This document shows positions 17,987 to 27,506 of a stretch of 64,000 bases of DNA, in pieces. The stretch lies in the NCBI GenBank assembly GCA_003228175.2, contig QGNQ01000003.1:28360-92359 (forward strand), read 5' to 3'. This stretch comes from Chloroflexota bacterium (GTDB lineage Bacteria; Chloroflexota; Dehalococcoidia; Bin125). The translations under genes and the position numbers were made by a program. The first letter of the stretch is position 1. Each line of letters begins with the position of its first letter. The notes beneath the pieces were generated by a model. It had not been told where the DNA came from. It made no database searches and saw only the letters and a list, made by a program, of their open reading frames with translations.

Positions 17987-18493
17987 ATGGCGCTGCAAGA
18001 TCCGGCCGCCTTCCGCCAGTTCTTCGATCGCACGTTCGATCCGGCCTACCGCTTCGCCTATGCGCTGAGCGGTGATGCGGAAATCGCGGAGATGGCGATC
18101 GCGTCGCTGTATGCGGACGGTTGGCTGAGCTGGCGGCGGATGCCGAAGTCGGACGACGAAGTGCGTGAGCTGCTGGACGACCTGTTCGCCCAGGGGTACG
18201 AGGCGTTCCAGCAACGAAATCGGCTGGTGAGCAACGCGGACGAGATCGCGCGGGTGATGGCGGGAACGATTCAGCAGCGCTGGCAGCAGACATCGAACGA
18301 CTTCCGCTCTGGCCAGCGTACGGTGCCGACGGGAACCCGACCCAAGCTCCTGGGCAACGCGGAGCCGCGGTCGGACCCGGACGACCCGGGGGAGCTCGAC
18401 GAGGCCGCTGTGGCGCCGACCGCGGTCGGTCCGGCGGGCGGCACGGAGGGCGGTCCGGGCGAGATGGCGAACTGGCGGCGGGTGCGCTGGTAG
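17987..18493 (+). CDS. ECF sigma factor region-2-like protein lacking a recognisable region 4
   Basis: DPAAFRQFFDRTFDPAYRFAYALSGDAEIAE resembles ECF sigma-2 N-termini; the C-terminus is low complexity. Confidence 0.55.
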   Translation: MALQDPAAFRQFFDRTFDPAYRFAYALSGDAEIAEMAIASLYADGWLSWRRMPKSDDEVRELLDDLFAQGYEAFQQRNRLVSNADEIARVMAGTIQQRWQQTSNDFRSGQRTVPTGTRPKLLGNAEPRSDPDDPGELDEAAVAPTAVGPAGGTEGGPGEMANWRRVRW

Positions 18494-18824
18494 CGCGGCG
18501 GGCAGCTTTGCGTGAACGCCGCGGTAGCCGGTCGTATCGGCGGCGGGTGCGCGCCAATCGCACTACGGGCCGATCGCACTACGGGATTGACGAAGACGTT
18601 GGCTTCCGCGCCGGCCGAAGCGTCGAAAGAGCGCAACGACGGGCGGTCCGGACGCGCTCGCTCGCCCGATCCCTTCCCAGGATTTAATACATAATGCCTT
18701 CGCTTAGGGGAAATCCCTTACTACGATCAGAGCAGGTCGCAATTCCACAACGCGCCCGCGCGGGTCCCTGATGGTTCGCGACTGCGAGATCGGGCCGTGG
18801 GAGCGTTCGGCGAAGGGATAGGCC

Positions 18825-19565
18825 GTGGCGATCCGCGTGCTCATCGTGGACGACAACGCGGCGCTGCGAGGCGCCGTGCGCGCGCTGCTGGGCGGGACTG
18901 AGGGCTTCGAGGTGGTGGGGGAGGACGACGACGGCCCGGCGGGGGTCAGCCGGGCGATCAGCCTGCGGCCCGACGTCGTGCTGATGGATGTGGACTTGCC
19001 CACGCAGAATGGGATCGAAGCGGCGCGGGAGATCGGCAATCACTTGCCGACCTCCCGAACGTTGCTGTTCACCGGCGGCACGCTGGAAGAGGGTGATTGC
19101 CGACGGGCCGGCGCGGTGGGAGTGCTGCCGAAGACGGCCCGTAGCGATGAACTGATCGCGGCGATTCGTCGTGCGGTGGCGCCGTCGGCGGCCGCGGGCA
19201 CCGCGAGCGCCGATATTCCGAGGCTGACGCTGGCGTCGACCCGACCCGCGGGCGAGGTTGTGGAGGCCGCCGCTGCGGAGAGCCTGGCTGCGACGGCCAC
19301 CAAGCCCGCAGCCAGACGGGGCACGTCGGTGCGGGCGCTGTCCGGCGTGGTGGTGGAGCTGAGCGACCTCGTAGTCGGTGCGTCGGCGCTGATCGCGGAT
19401 CTCGCGGAGGACGGCGCCCCGCCGAACCCGAAGGCGCTGCGACAGTTGCCGGCGCTCTTGCAGTCGGTCGCGAGGGCGGAGCAACGCCTGGCGCACGCGC
19501 TCCTGGATGAGGCGGCGCTACTGGACGCGACCGACGACGCGCCCAACGAGCCGCCGCCCGACTAA
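18825..19565 (+). CDS. Response regulator receiver domain protein with non-HTH C-terminus
   Basis: IRVLIVDD, PDVVLMDV, FT, GAVGVLPK; Ala-rich linker then a helical tail. Confidence 0.8.
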   Translation: MAIRVLIVDDNAALRGAVRALLGGTEGFEVVGEDDDGPAGVSRAISLRPDVVLMDVDLPTQNGIEAAREIGNHLPTSRTLLFTGGTLEEGDCRRAGAVGVLPKTARSDELIAAIRRAVAPSAAAGTASADIPRLTLASTRPAGEVVEAAAAESLAATATKPAARRGTSVRALSGVVVELSDLVVGASALIADLAEDGAPPNPKALRQLPALLQSVARAEQRLAHALLDEAALLDATDDAPNEPPPD

Positions 19566-19574
19566 CTGCCGGGA

Positions 19575-20129
19575 CTAGACACCGTTCGGTGCGTCAGAGC
19601 TGTCGTCCATGGCAGGCTCGCTCGCTGTGGACTCGTCGGGAGTTGCCTGGGTAGGGGTTGCCTCGCTGGGGGCCGCTTCGTCCTTACGGAACGTGACGAG
19701 GAACTTGTCGGGCTTGAGGACGCGGTCCGCGGCCTGCTTGGCGACGGCGACCGTGAGCCCGTCGGGCAGGCGACGCTTCTCCGGGACCGTGGCGGTGGTC
19801 TCAACGCGCCAGCCATGCTCGGAGGCGGCCTGGATCCCCAGACGCATGCTCTCCTGGTCCGGGTACCCGGCCGTGTGGACGGGACCGGATTCGTCACGGA
19901 ACCAGGTCTCGCGGGCTTCTTGCTTGGCCTTGCGCTCGTCGAGCTTGGCGTCGACGACGGCGCGACCGCGCCGGGCCTGCTGCTGAACGGCGGGCTTGGC
20001 TTTGTCGACGGCGTCCCGCAAGGCCGGTTCGGCTTTCTGCCGGACCTCCTCAACTTTGACGGCGGCCTGATGCACGCCTTCGCGAGCGGTGTCCTCGGCG
20101 TGCTTGAGGCGTTCCTGCCAGGTGGGCAT
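19575..20129 (-). CDS. Hypothetical protein
   Basis: 184-aa ORF with GGAGG RBS and an amphipathic helical N-terminus. Confidence 0.65.
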   Translation of the reverse strand: MPTWQERLKHAEDTAREGVHQAAVKVEEVRQKAEPALRDAVDKAKPAVQQQARRGRAVVDAKLDERKAKQEARETWFRDESGPVHTAGYPDQESMRLGIQAASEHGWRVETTATVPEKRRLPDGLTVAVAKQAADRVLKPDKFLVTFRKDEAAPSEATPTQATPDESTASEPAMDDSSDAPNGV

Positions 20130-20158
20130 GGTGGTGGCCTCCAGTGGTGAAACGAGCG

Positions 20159-21148
20159 TTAGTTGATCTGCACCAGCGTACGCCCTCGGACGCCACCTTG
20201 GAGGATCGAGGCGGCAGCGGCGGCGACGCCGTCCAGATCGGTGTGGACGGCGATGGAGTCGAGCAGGGCGTTGGGCTTCCAGTCGCTGCCGAGATGCCGC
20301 CAGATCTGGGTACGCAGATCCATGGGGCAGTAGACCGACTCGATGCCGGCCAGGGAGGCGCCGCGCAGGATGAAGGGCATGACCGTGGTGCTGAGGCCGG
20401 CGCCCCCGGTGAGACCGGAGAGGGCGCTGACGCCATCGCGCTTGAGCGTGCGCAGAATGTAGGCCGTGGTCGTGCCACCGACGGGGTCGACGGCGCCGGC
20501 CCAGCGTTCCTTCTCGATCGGGCGCTTGTTTTCCTCGCTGACCTCCTCGCGGGTCAAGATCTCGCTGGCGCCGAGCGCGCGCAGGTAGTCGTGCTCGTCG
20601 GCCTTGCCGGTGCTGGCGGCAACGGTGTAGCCGAGCTGGGCAAGCATGGCGACGGCGGTGCTGCCGACACCACCCGTTGCGCCGGTGACCAGAACGGGGC
20701 CGGAGTCGGGCGTCACGCCGCCGTGCTGCAGAGCCTGCACGGAGAGGCCGGCGGTGAACCCGGCGGTACCCAGCGCCATGGTCTCTTCGAGGCTGAGGCC
20801 GTCCGGCAGGGGGACGATCCAGTCGCCGGGCACGCGCGCGAGCTCGGCGAAGCCGCCGAAGTGCCCGATCCCCAGGTCGTAGCCGGTGACAAGCACCGGC
20901 TGGCCGGCCTGGAAGTGAGCGTCGTTGGACTCACGCACGGTGCCGGCCAGGTCGATGCCGGGAACCATGGGGTAGCTGGTCACCACGCGGCCCTTGGGAA
21001 GGGTGGCCAAGCCATCTTTGTAATTCACGCTGGACCACTGCACGGTGATCGTGACGTCGCCCTGCGGGAGGTCTGTCTCCTCCAGCGATTGGACGCCCGC
21101 GCTGAAATTGTCGTCCTGCAGGTCAACAACGAACGCGCGGAAGCTCAT
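20159..21148 (-). CDS. acuI: Acryloyl-CoA reductase, AcuI/YhdH family
   Basis: SSVNYKDGLA, PGIDLAG, GTAGFTA, VLVTGATGGVGS, TTVMPFILRG. Confidence 0.85.
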   Translation of the reverse strand: MSFRAFVVDLQDDNFSAGVQSLEETDLPQGDVTITVQWSSVNYKDGLATLPKGRVVTSYPMVPGIDLAGTVRESNDAHFQAGQPVLVTGYDLGIGHFGGFAELARVPGDWIVPLPDGLSLEETMALGTAGFTAGLSVQALQHGGVTPDSGPVLVTGATGGVGSTAVAMLAQLGYTVAASTGKADEHDYLRALGASEILTREEVSEENKRPIEKERWAGAVDPVGGTTTAYILRTLKRDGVSALSGLTGGAGLSTTVMPFILRGASLAGIESVYCPMDLRTQIWRHLGSDWKPNALLDSIAVHTDLDGVAAAAASILQGGVRGRTLVQIN

Positions 21149-21193
21149 GTCGTATCTCCTTTGGCGAAGGTCCTGGCGATTGGAGGGGCTCGG

Positions 21194-22063
21194 TCAGCGA
21201 GCTGGGGCCTCGCCGCGTTCGAGCGCGTCGAACAGGATCGGCTGCACGTTGACCCCGTGCGGTTGCAGGTCGACGAGCGTGAAGCCCTTGAGCAGCCCGG
21301 GCGCCCCGGAGTAGAAGGCGGTGGTGCCGGGCGGCCCCGTCTGGCCGTGTCGGTCCAGGTGGCCCAGGGCGACGTAGTGCGCTTCCAGGTCGGCGAGGTG
21401 CTCTTCCTCGATGCGGTAACCGAAGGAGAGCCGCCCGTCGAAGCCCACGGCGGAGCCGTGCGCCATGGCGATGCGCCAGAAGGGGCGCTCCGTGTCGCCC
21501 CGCCAGGCCGGCGAGGCGTCGGCGGGGGAGAAGTCGTCATAGCTGGCGTGCGCTTGGCCCCAGATCTGCACCCCGATGTCGTCCAAGCTGAAGAGTGTCC
21601 CGTCCGGGCTATCGAAGATGTGAACGTTGTCTGCGAAGTGATGCGCGAAGCGCTGATACATGGAGCCGGACATGAACGGATCGTGGTTGCCGGGCAAGAT
21701 CACGACGGGCTTTTCGGTGGCGCTGATAATCTCGGCGGTCGCCTGGACGAGGGGCTCTTTGACGCGGTTGTTGTCGAAGAAGTCGCCGGCGATCACAACA
21801 AGGTCGGCATCCAAGTCGGTGGCCGCGTTCACGATCGTCTCCATGAAGACGAGCGCCTCTTCGCGACCGGACTCGTCGAGGGCGAAGCCCGTGCCCACGT
21901 GCACGTCGGAGGTATGGATCATGCGCACGCTGTGCGAGTGCGCCGAGGCCGGGAGGCGCTCGGAGGCGTCGGACACCTGGAGCCCAGCGTCCGTCGGCTG
22001 GGAGCCGGTGCTGGCGGACGGTGTGCCGACTCCGTTGGCAAGGGGATCTGGCATCGCACCCAA
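21194..22063 (-). CDS. Metallophosphoesterase (SbcD/Mre11-like); start uncertain
   Basis: HTSDVH, IAGDFFD, PGNHD, MAHG, ALGHLD, YSGAP. Confidence 0.8.
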   Translation of the reverse strand: MGAMPDPLANGVGTPSASTGSQPTDAGLQVSDASERLPASAHSHSVRMIHTSDVHVGTGFALDESGREEALVFMETIVNAATDLDADLVVIAGDFFDNNRVKEPLVQATAEIISATEKPVVILPGNHDPFMSGSMYQRFAHHFADNVHIFDSPDGTLFSLDDIGVQIWGQAHASYDDFSPADASPAWRGDTERPFWRIAMAHGSAVGFDGRLSFGYRIEEEHLADLEAHYVALGHLDRHGQTGPPGTTAFYSGAPGLLKGFTLVDLQPHGVNVQPILFDALERGEAPAR

Positions 22064-22276
22064 CTTCGCATGTCGCGTCGAACGGCGTGACGCGGTGGAT
22101 CACTGGTTGGCGCGTCGATCAGAGTGACGCGCAGATCAATCATCGCGCGTCCACGGGCAACGCAGCACAATCGATAATGGCGTTCAGCCTAGCGGAGGCG
22201 TCGGTGAGGCGCTCTCCGCTCCCTGGCAACGGAGGAACAGGCCTGATTTCTTCGAGGCCCGTAAGATAGAGGGGAA

Positions 22277-23815
22277 ATGACCACTAACGCCTCTCCCCGC
22301 ATCGCCTCAGAATCCCCCTCCGTCGAGAGCCGCAGCGACGGGTCGTCGCACGCGGACGATTTCGAGACGGTGATCGGCCTGGAGGTGCACTCGCAGCTCA
22401 AGACCGAGAGCAAGATGTTCTGCCGCTGCCCGGCGAATTACGCGGACGCGCCCCCCAACACCCACGTCTGCCCCATCTGCCAAGGCATGCCGGGCATGCT
22501 GCCGGTGATCAATGAGACGGCAGTGGAATGGACGATCCGGGCGGCGCTGGCGCTGCATATGGAGATTCCCGAGGTCTCCAAGTTCGACCGCAAGAACTAC
22601 CACTACCCGGACCTGATGAAGGGCTACCAGATCAGCCAGTTCGAAGAGCCGCTGAGTCAGAACGGCTATCTGGACGTGATCGTCGAAGGGGAGTCGCGGC
22701 GGATCGGTGTGACCCGCATCCATCTGGAGGAGGACACGGCGCGGCTGATGCATCGGGAGGACGAGGCGGGCGAGGGCTACTCCCTGCTGGACCTGAACCG
22801 CTGCGGGGTGCCGCTGATGGAGTGCGTCTCTGAGCCGGACATGCGCAGCCCGGAGGAGGCGCGCGCCTACTTGGTGGCGCTGCGCCAGATCTATCGCTAC
22901 TTGGACGTCTCGACGGCGGACATGGAGAAGGGCTCCTTCCGCTGCGACGCGAACGTCTCGTTGCGGCCCTGGGGCCAAGAGGCCTTCGGGACCAAGGTTG
23001 AGATCAAGAACATGAACTCGTTCCGGGCCGTCTACAAGGCGCTGCAGTACGAGCAGCGCCGGCAGGCGGAGGCGATTCGCAACGGCGAGCCGATCCGGCA
23101 GGAGACGCGCGGCTGGGTAGACGATCGCGAGATCACGGTCTCGCAGCGCTCCAAGGAGGAGTCGGACGACTATCGCTACTTCCCGGACCCCGATCTGCCG
23201 CCGCTGCGGACCGGTCGCGAGCGGGTGGAGGCGATCCGGGCGGCGCTGCCCGAGCTCCCGTTCGCGCGCTTCCAACGCTTCCAGTCGCAGTACGGGCTGG
23301 GAGAGTTCGAAGCGAACCTGCTCACGGAAGATCGGGCCAAGGCCGACTATTACGAGGCGGCGGTGGAGGCGGTGGCGGAGGCGCGGTCCGAGAAGACGCA
23401 GAAGGCCGTCGCGAACTGGGTCGTGGGCGAGATGGCACGATTGATGCACGAAGCGGGGCACGATCTCGGCGCGGTCAAGATCCGGCCCGCACAGATCGCG
23501 GCGCTGGTGACGCTGATCGCGGGCGGGACGATCAGTAACACCCTGGCCAAGGACGTGTTCGAGTCGATGTACGCCAGCGGCGCCGACCCGAAGGCGATCG
23601 TGGAGGCGTCCGGGCAGACGCAGATCAGCGACAGCGACGAGCTGGCGGGGGTGGTGCAGGGGGTGATCGATGCGCAACCAGCGGCGGTGGCGGACTATCG
23701 GGCAGGCAAGCAGGAAGCGCTGAAGTTCCTCATGGGGCAGGTCATGCGGGCCACCCGTGGTCGCGCGAACCCGACCGTGGTGACCGAGATCCTGCGGCGC
23801 TCGCTGGACGCCTGA
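22277..23815 (+). CDS. gatB: Asp/Glu-tRNA amidotransferase subunit B
   Basis: VIGLEVH, FDRKNYHYPDLMKGYQISQ, RCDANVS, RSKEESDDYRYFPDPDL. Confidence 0.97.
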   Translation: MTTNASPRIASESPSVESRSDGSSHADDFETVIGLEVHSQLKTESKMFCRCPANYADAPPNTHVCPICQGMPGMLPVINETAVEWTIRAALALHMEIPEVSKFDRKNYHYPDLMKGYQISQFEEPLSQNGYLDVIVEGESRRIGVTRIHLEEDTARLMHREDEAGEGYSLLDLNRCGVPLMECVSEPDMRSPEEARAYLVALRQIYRYLDVSTADMEKGSFRCDANVSLRPWGQEAFGTKVEIKNMNSFRAVYKALQYEQRRQAEAIRNGEPIRQETRGWVDDREITVSQRSKEESDDYRYFPDPDLPPLRTGRERVEAIRAALPELPFARFQRFQSQYGLGEFEANLLTEDRAKADYYEAAVEAVAEARSEKTQKAVANWVVGEMARLMHEAGHDLGAVKIRPAQIAALVTLIAGGTISNTLAKDVFESMYASGADPKAIVEASGQTQISDSDELAGVVQGVIDAQPAAVADYRAGKQEALKFLMGQVMRATRGRANPTVVTEILRRSLDA

Positions 23816-24014
23816 CCGCGGTCGCGGGATGCGCGGTACGGAGCCGTAACGCGCAATGCGCTGCGGGCGTCTACGGAGTGCGGTGCCCACTGCAATGGAA
23901 CTGAGCAGGCCCGTCCACCGTCGTGCGAGTGGAACGCGAGGGAGTGGACCGGGGGATCTAGGGAGCGGTGATCGGTGTGGTCGTAGCGTCGTCCCAGCCC
24001 TATAGTGCCGACCA

Positions 24015-25376
24015 ATGAGATGGGTCCGCGATCCGGACACGCGCAAGTGGCTTCTGCCCGGGATGGGTGTGAAGCGCTGGTTCTTCCTGCTCTTTCTGGG
24101 TATGGCGTTCCTGGGGCTCGGCGTATCGTTCTTGGCGCGCGAGGCTTACCTGACGCTTGAGCTGCCCGACGCGTTCTACTACCTGACGCTGCAATTCATC
24201 CCGCAGTTGCTCCGCGGCGGTCTCTTCATGGGCGTTGCCGTCCTCTTCGTAGTGATCGGCGTGTGGAAGTTCAACGCGGGCCTGCTGGCGGCGATGCGCA
24301 CCCCGGCCCGTAGCAACGCCAGCGGCGAGCCGGAGAGCCTGGTCAATCTGGTCTACCGCCACCGCTTCGCCGGGCGGGGACCGCGCATCGTGACGATCGG
24401 CGGCGGCACCGGGCTATCGGTCTTGCTGCGCGGGCTCAAGGAGTACACGGACAACCTCACGGCCGTCGTCACGGTGGCGGACGACGGGGGCTCGTCGGGG
24501 CGGCTCCGGGCAGACATGGGCGTGATTCCGCCCGGCGACGTGCGCAACTGCATCGCCGCGGTGGCGGACGCGGAGCCGCTGATGACGCGGCTCTTCCAGT
24601 ACCGCTTCCCAGCGGAGTCGGGCGAGGGCCTGTCCGGGCACTCGTTCGGGAACCTGTTCATCGTGGCGATGTCCGAAGTGACTGGGTCGATGGAGCAGGC
24701 GATCCATGAGACCGGCCGCGTGCTCAACGTGCGGGGGCAGATCTTGCCTTCCACCCTGGAGGACGTGAATCTCGTGGCGCGCACGACGGACGGGCGCACG
24801 ATCCGGGGCGAATCCGCGATCACGGCCGCGCACACCGAGATTGAGACCGTGGGACTGGAGCCCCAACGGCCGGGGGCGCACCCGGACGCGGTCAACGCGG
24901 TGCGCAACGCGGACCTCATCGTGGTGGGGCCCGGCAGCCTCTACACCAGCGTGCTGCCAAACCTGCTGGTCCCGGAGCTGCGCATCGCCTTCCAAGAGTC
25001 GCAGGCGATGCGGATCTTCGTGAGCAACGTGGCGACCCAACACGGCGAAACGGACAATTACTCCGTGCAGGACCACGTGGCGAGTATTGAGTCGCACCTC
25101 GGCGGGGCGCCGTTCGAGTTTATCGTCGCGAATAACAACGTCAGCGCGCGGCTCCCGGAGCGCTGGCAGTCCGAGCCGGTGCGCGCGGGCGGGGCGGAGA
25201 TCGGGGGGCAGGTGATCCTGGCCGATGTGATCGATGAACGCAACCGTTACCGCCACGACGCGACGAAGCTAGCCGATGCGATCCTCACGATTTACCATGA
25301 GCGCGGCGAAGCGGCCCCCCGCTCCGCTCGTGGAACGGGCGCCGAGGACGTGGAGCGCATGCTCAGCGGCTCCTAA
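24015..25376 (+). CDS. yvcK: YvcK/GlmR (CofD-related) family protein with N-terminal TM segments
   Basis: IGGGTGL, VTVADDGGSSGRLR, PPGDVRN, GHSFGNL, GPGSLYTS. Confidence 0.92.
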   Translation: MRWVRDPDTRKWLLPGMGVKRWFFLLFLGMAFLGLGVSFLAREAYLTLELPDAFYYLTLQFIPQLLRGGLFMGVAVLFVVIGVWKFNAGLLAAMRTPARSNASGEPESLVNLVYRHRFAGRGPRIVTIGGGTGLSVLLRGLKEYTDNLTAVVTVADDGGSSGRLRADMGVIPPGDVRNCIAAVADAEPLMTRLFQYRFPAESGEGLSGHSFGNLFIVAMSEVTGSMEQAIHETGRVLNVRGQILPSTLEDVNLVARTTDGRTIRGESAITAAHTEIETVGLEPQRPGAHPDAVNAVRNADLIVVGPGSLYTSVLPNLLVPELRIAFQESQAMRIFVSNVATQHGETDNYSVQDHVASIESHLGGAPFEFIVANNNVSARLPERWQSEPVRAGGAEIGGQVILADVIDERNRYRHDATKLADAILTIYHERGEAAPRSARGTGAEDVERMLSGS

Positions 25377-25422
25377 TCCGGCATCGAGCGGCAATCCGGC
25401 GTAGGGCCGGTCGAAGGATCTG

Positions 25423-25647
25423 ATGAACGCCAGCGATATCATCAACGTCTTTCAGATCTTGGTCGCGCTGATTCTCATCGCGGCCGTGCTGATGCAGGCC
25501 AAGGGCGCCGGCATGGGTAACATCTTCGGCGGCACCGGCGGCGAATCGTTCCGCACGCGGCGCGGGGTGGAGCGCGTGCTGTTCCGCGCCACGATCGGGC
25601 TGATCGTGGTCTTCGTGGGGCTATCGATCGCGGCGATTCGCGTTTAG
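25423..25647 (+). CDS. secG: Preprotein translocase SecG
   Basis: Two TM segments, VLMQAKGAGMG..FGG...FRTRRGVE. Confidence 0.92.
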   Translation: MNASDIINVFQILVALILIAAVLMQAKGAGMGNIFGGTGGESFRTRRGVERVLFRATIGLIVVFVGLSIAAIRV

Positions 25648-25660
25648 CTGCAGCGCCCCG

Positions 25661-26500
25661 ATGCCTGGCGCCGTGTCCGGCATTGTCACACTCACCACGG
25701 ACTTTGGCCTGGACGACGGCTACGTCGCGCAGCTGCATGGGACCCTGCTAAACGTCAGTCCGACGCTGCGGATCGTCGATCTGAGTCACGCTGTGCCGCA
25801 CTCCGATGTCGCCGGCGCCCTGACGACCAGCCTGTTCCTCACGGAGAGCGTCTGGCCGCGCTTCCCGGCTGGGACGGTGCATGTGGTCGTCGTCGACCCG
25901 GGAGTGGGGAGTGCGCGCAGCCTGGTGGCAATCGAGACGCCGGGCGCGTGGCTGGTTGGCCCCGACACGGGCGTGCTCAGCAGTGGCCTGCCCGACGCCA
26001 TCCGCCCGGTCAACGGGATCGCGCGGGCCACCCTTCCCTTCGGGCACCGGGCCCGCGACATCCAGTCCACTCCGCTCGCAGGCGATACGGTCTCGCGAAC
26101 GTTTCATGGGCGCGACCTGATCGCCCCCGTCGCTGGCGCCCTCGCTTTGGGCGGGGCGCTGGAATCGACCGGGCCGTCCGTACGGGACGTTGCCGTGGCG
26201 GCGACGCTGGCCAGTCCGATTCTGGAGGGCGCCGGGACAGGCCGGATCCTGCACGTGGATCGATTCGGCAACGCGATCACGAGCTTCCGTGCAGCGGCGG
26301 CGGGGGAGTCGTTCGAGATCGTGGTTGCGGGACAGGTGGTCTCTGGTCCCGCGTCGAGCTATGCGAGCGCTGGGGCCGAGATCGTGGCGCTGCCGTCATC
26401 GAACGGATACCTGGAGATCGCGCTGGCGAATGGGAGTGCGGCGGCGGCGTTGGGCCTTGAGCGCGGCACGCCGGTGGTGCTGCGACGCGGGGCAGCCTGA
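25661..26500 (+). CDS. SAM hydroxide adenosyltransferase (DUF62 / chlorinase-fluorinase superfamily)
   Basis: LTTDFG, VVVDPGVG, GPDTG, SRTFHGRD, VDRFGN, GYLEIA. Confidence 0.88.
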   Translation: MPGAVSGIVTLTTDFGLDDGYVAQLHGTLLNVSPTLRIVDLSHAVPHSDVAGALTTSLFLTESVWPRFPAGTVHVVVVDPGVGSARSLVAIETPGAWLVGPDTGVLSSGLPDAIRPVNGIARATLPFGHRARDIQSTPLAGDTVSRTFHGRDLIAPVAGALALGGALESTGPSVRDVAVAATLASPILEGAGTGRILHVDRFGNAITSFRAAAAGESFEIVVAGQVVSGPASSYASAGAEIVALPSSNGYLEIALANGSAAAALGLERGTPVVLRRGAA

Positions 26501-26513
26501 GTATGCTCGCCAC

Positions 26514-27506
26514 ATGACGAGTCCCCGCGTCGCGTTTTTCGGGTCGCCCGACTTCGCCGTGCCCACGCTGCAGGCGCTCACCCACAGCGCCTACCGGCCG
26601 GTGGTGGTGGTGACGCAGCCGGACCGTCCGGCAGGACGCGGGCGGGCGCTGCGACCGCCGCCGGTCAAGGTCGTCGCGGAGGCGGCGGGGATCGACGTGC
26701 TCCAGCCGGCCCGTCTACGCGCGCCTGCGGCCACGTCGGCGCTGGCGGCGTACGCGCCCGATCTGCAGGTGATCGTGGCGTACGGCCAGATCCTGCGCCC
26801 CGACGTGCTGTCGCTGCCGCGCTTCGGCACGCTGAATGTGCACGCCTCGCTGTTGCCGCGCTGGCGCGGGGCGTCGCCGGTCACGGCGGCGATCCTGGCC
26901 GGCGACGCGGAGACCGGAGCCACGATCATGTGCGTCGACGAAGGGGAGGACACCGGCGATATTCTGAGTTCGCGCGTAGAACCGATCCGTCCCCAGGACG
27001 ACGCGGGCCACCTGAGTGAACGACTCGCCGCACTGGGCGCGGCGCTGCTGCTGGAGACGATCCCGCGCTGGCTGTCGGGCGAGATCACGCCCCAGCCACA
27101 GGACGATGCCCTGGCGACGCGGGCGCGGCGGCTGGAGAAGGCGCAGGGGCGCATCGACTGGACGGAGCCGGCCGCGAAGATCAGCCGTCAGGTGCGCGCC
27201 TTCTCGCCCTGGCCCGGTGCGACGACGGATCTGCACGGGGCGGGTCTGCGGATCTGGCGGGCGAGCTCGTCCGAATTGGAACTGGGCGAAGTGGAGCTGG
27301 GCGAGTTGGGCTTGGACGAGGCGGCGGCGGCGCCCGTAAAGCCGGGGACGGTGCTGGCGGTGGGAACGACGATCGATGTCGCGACGGGGGACGGGCGATT
27401 GCGTATCGAACGGCTGCAACGGGCCGGGAAGCAAGCCCTCGACGCTCGCGCGTTCAGTAACGGAGAGCCCGATCTGGTTGGGCGAATGCTGGGAGCGTCG
27501 GCATGA
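26514..27506 (+). CDS. fmt: Methionyl-tRNA formyltransferase
   Basis: FFGSPDFA, VVTQPDRPAGRG, VAYGQIL, NVHASLLPRWRGASP. Confidence 0.95.
   Translation: MTSPRVAFFGSPDFAVPTLQALTHSAYRPVVVVTQPDRPAGRGRALRPPPVKVVAEAAGIDVLQPARLRAPAATSALAAYAPDLQVIVAYGQILRPDVLSLPRFGTLNVHASLLPRWRGASPVTAAILAGDAETGATIMCVDEGEDTGDILSSRVEPIRPQDDAGHLSERLAALGAALLLETIPRWLSGEITPQPQDDALATRARRLEKAQGRIDWTEPAAKISRQVRAFSPWPGATTDLHGAGLRIWRASSSELELGEVELGELGLDEAAAAPVKPGTVLAVGTTIDVATGDGRLRIERLQRAGKQALDARAFSNGEPDLVGRMLGASA

Noticed and set aside
25661-26500. Fluorinase/chlorinase (halogenase)
   Set aside because: DPGVG..R and TFHGRD motifs plus the housekeeping context (secG-fmt) fit the common DUF62 SAM hydrolase.
27273-27315. ELELGEVELGELG insertion in fmt and short duplications near 52535-52630
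   Set aside because: Small in-frame slippage duplications in loops or termini with no further signal.
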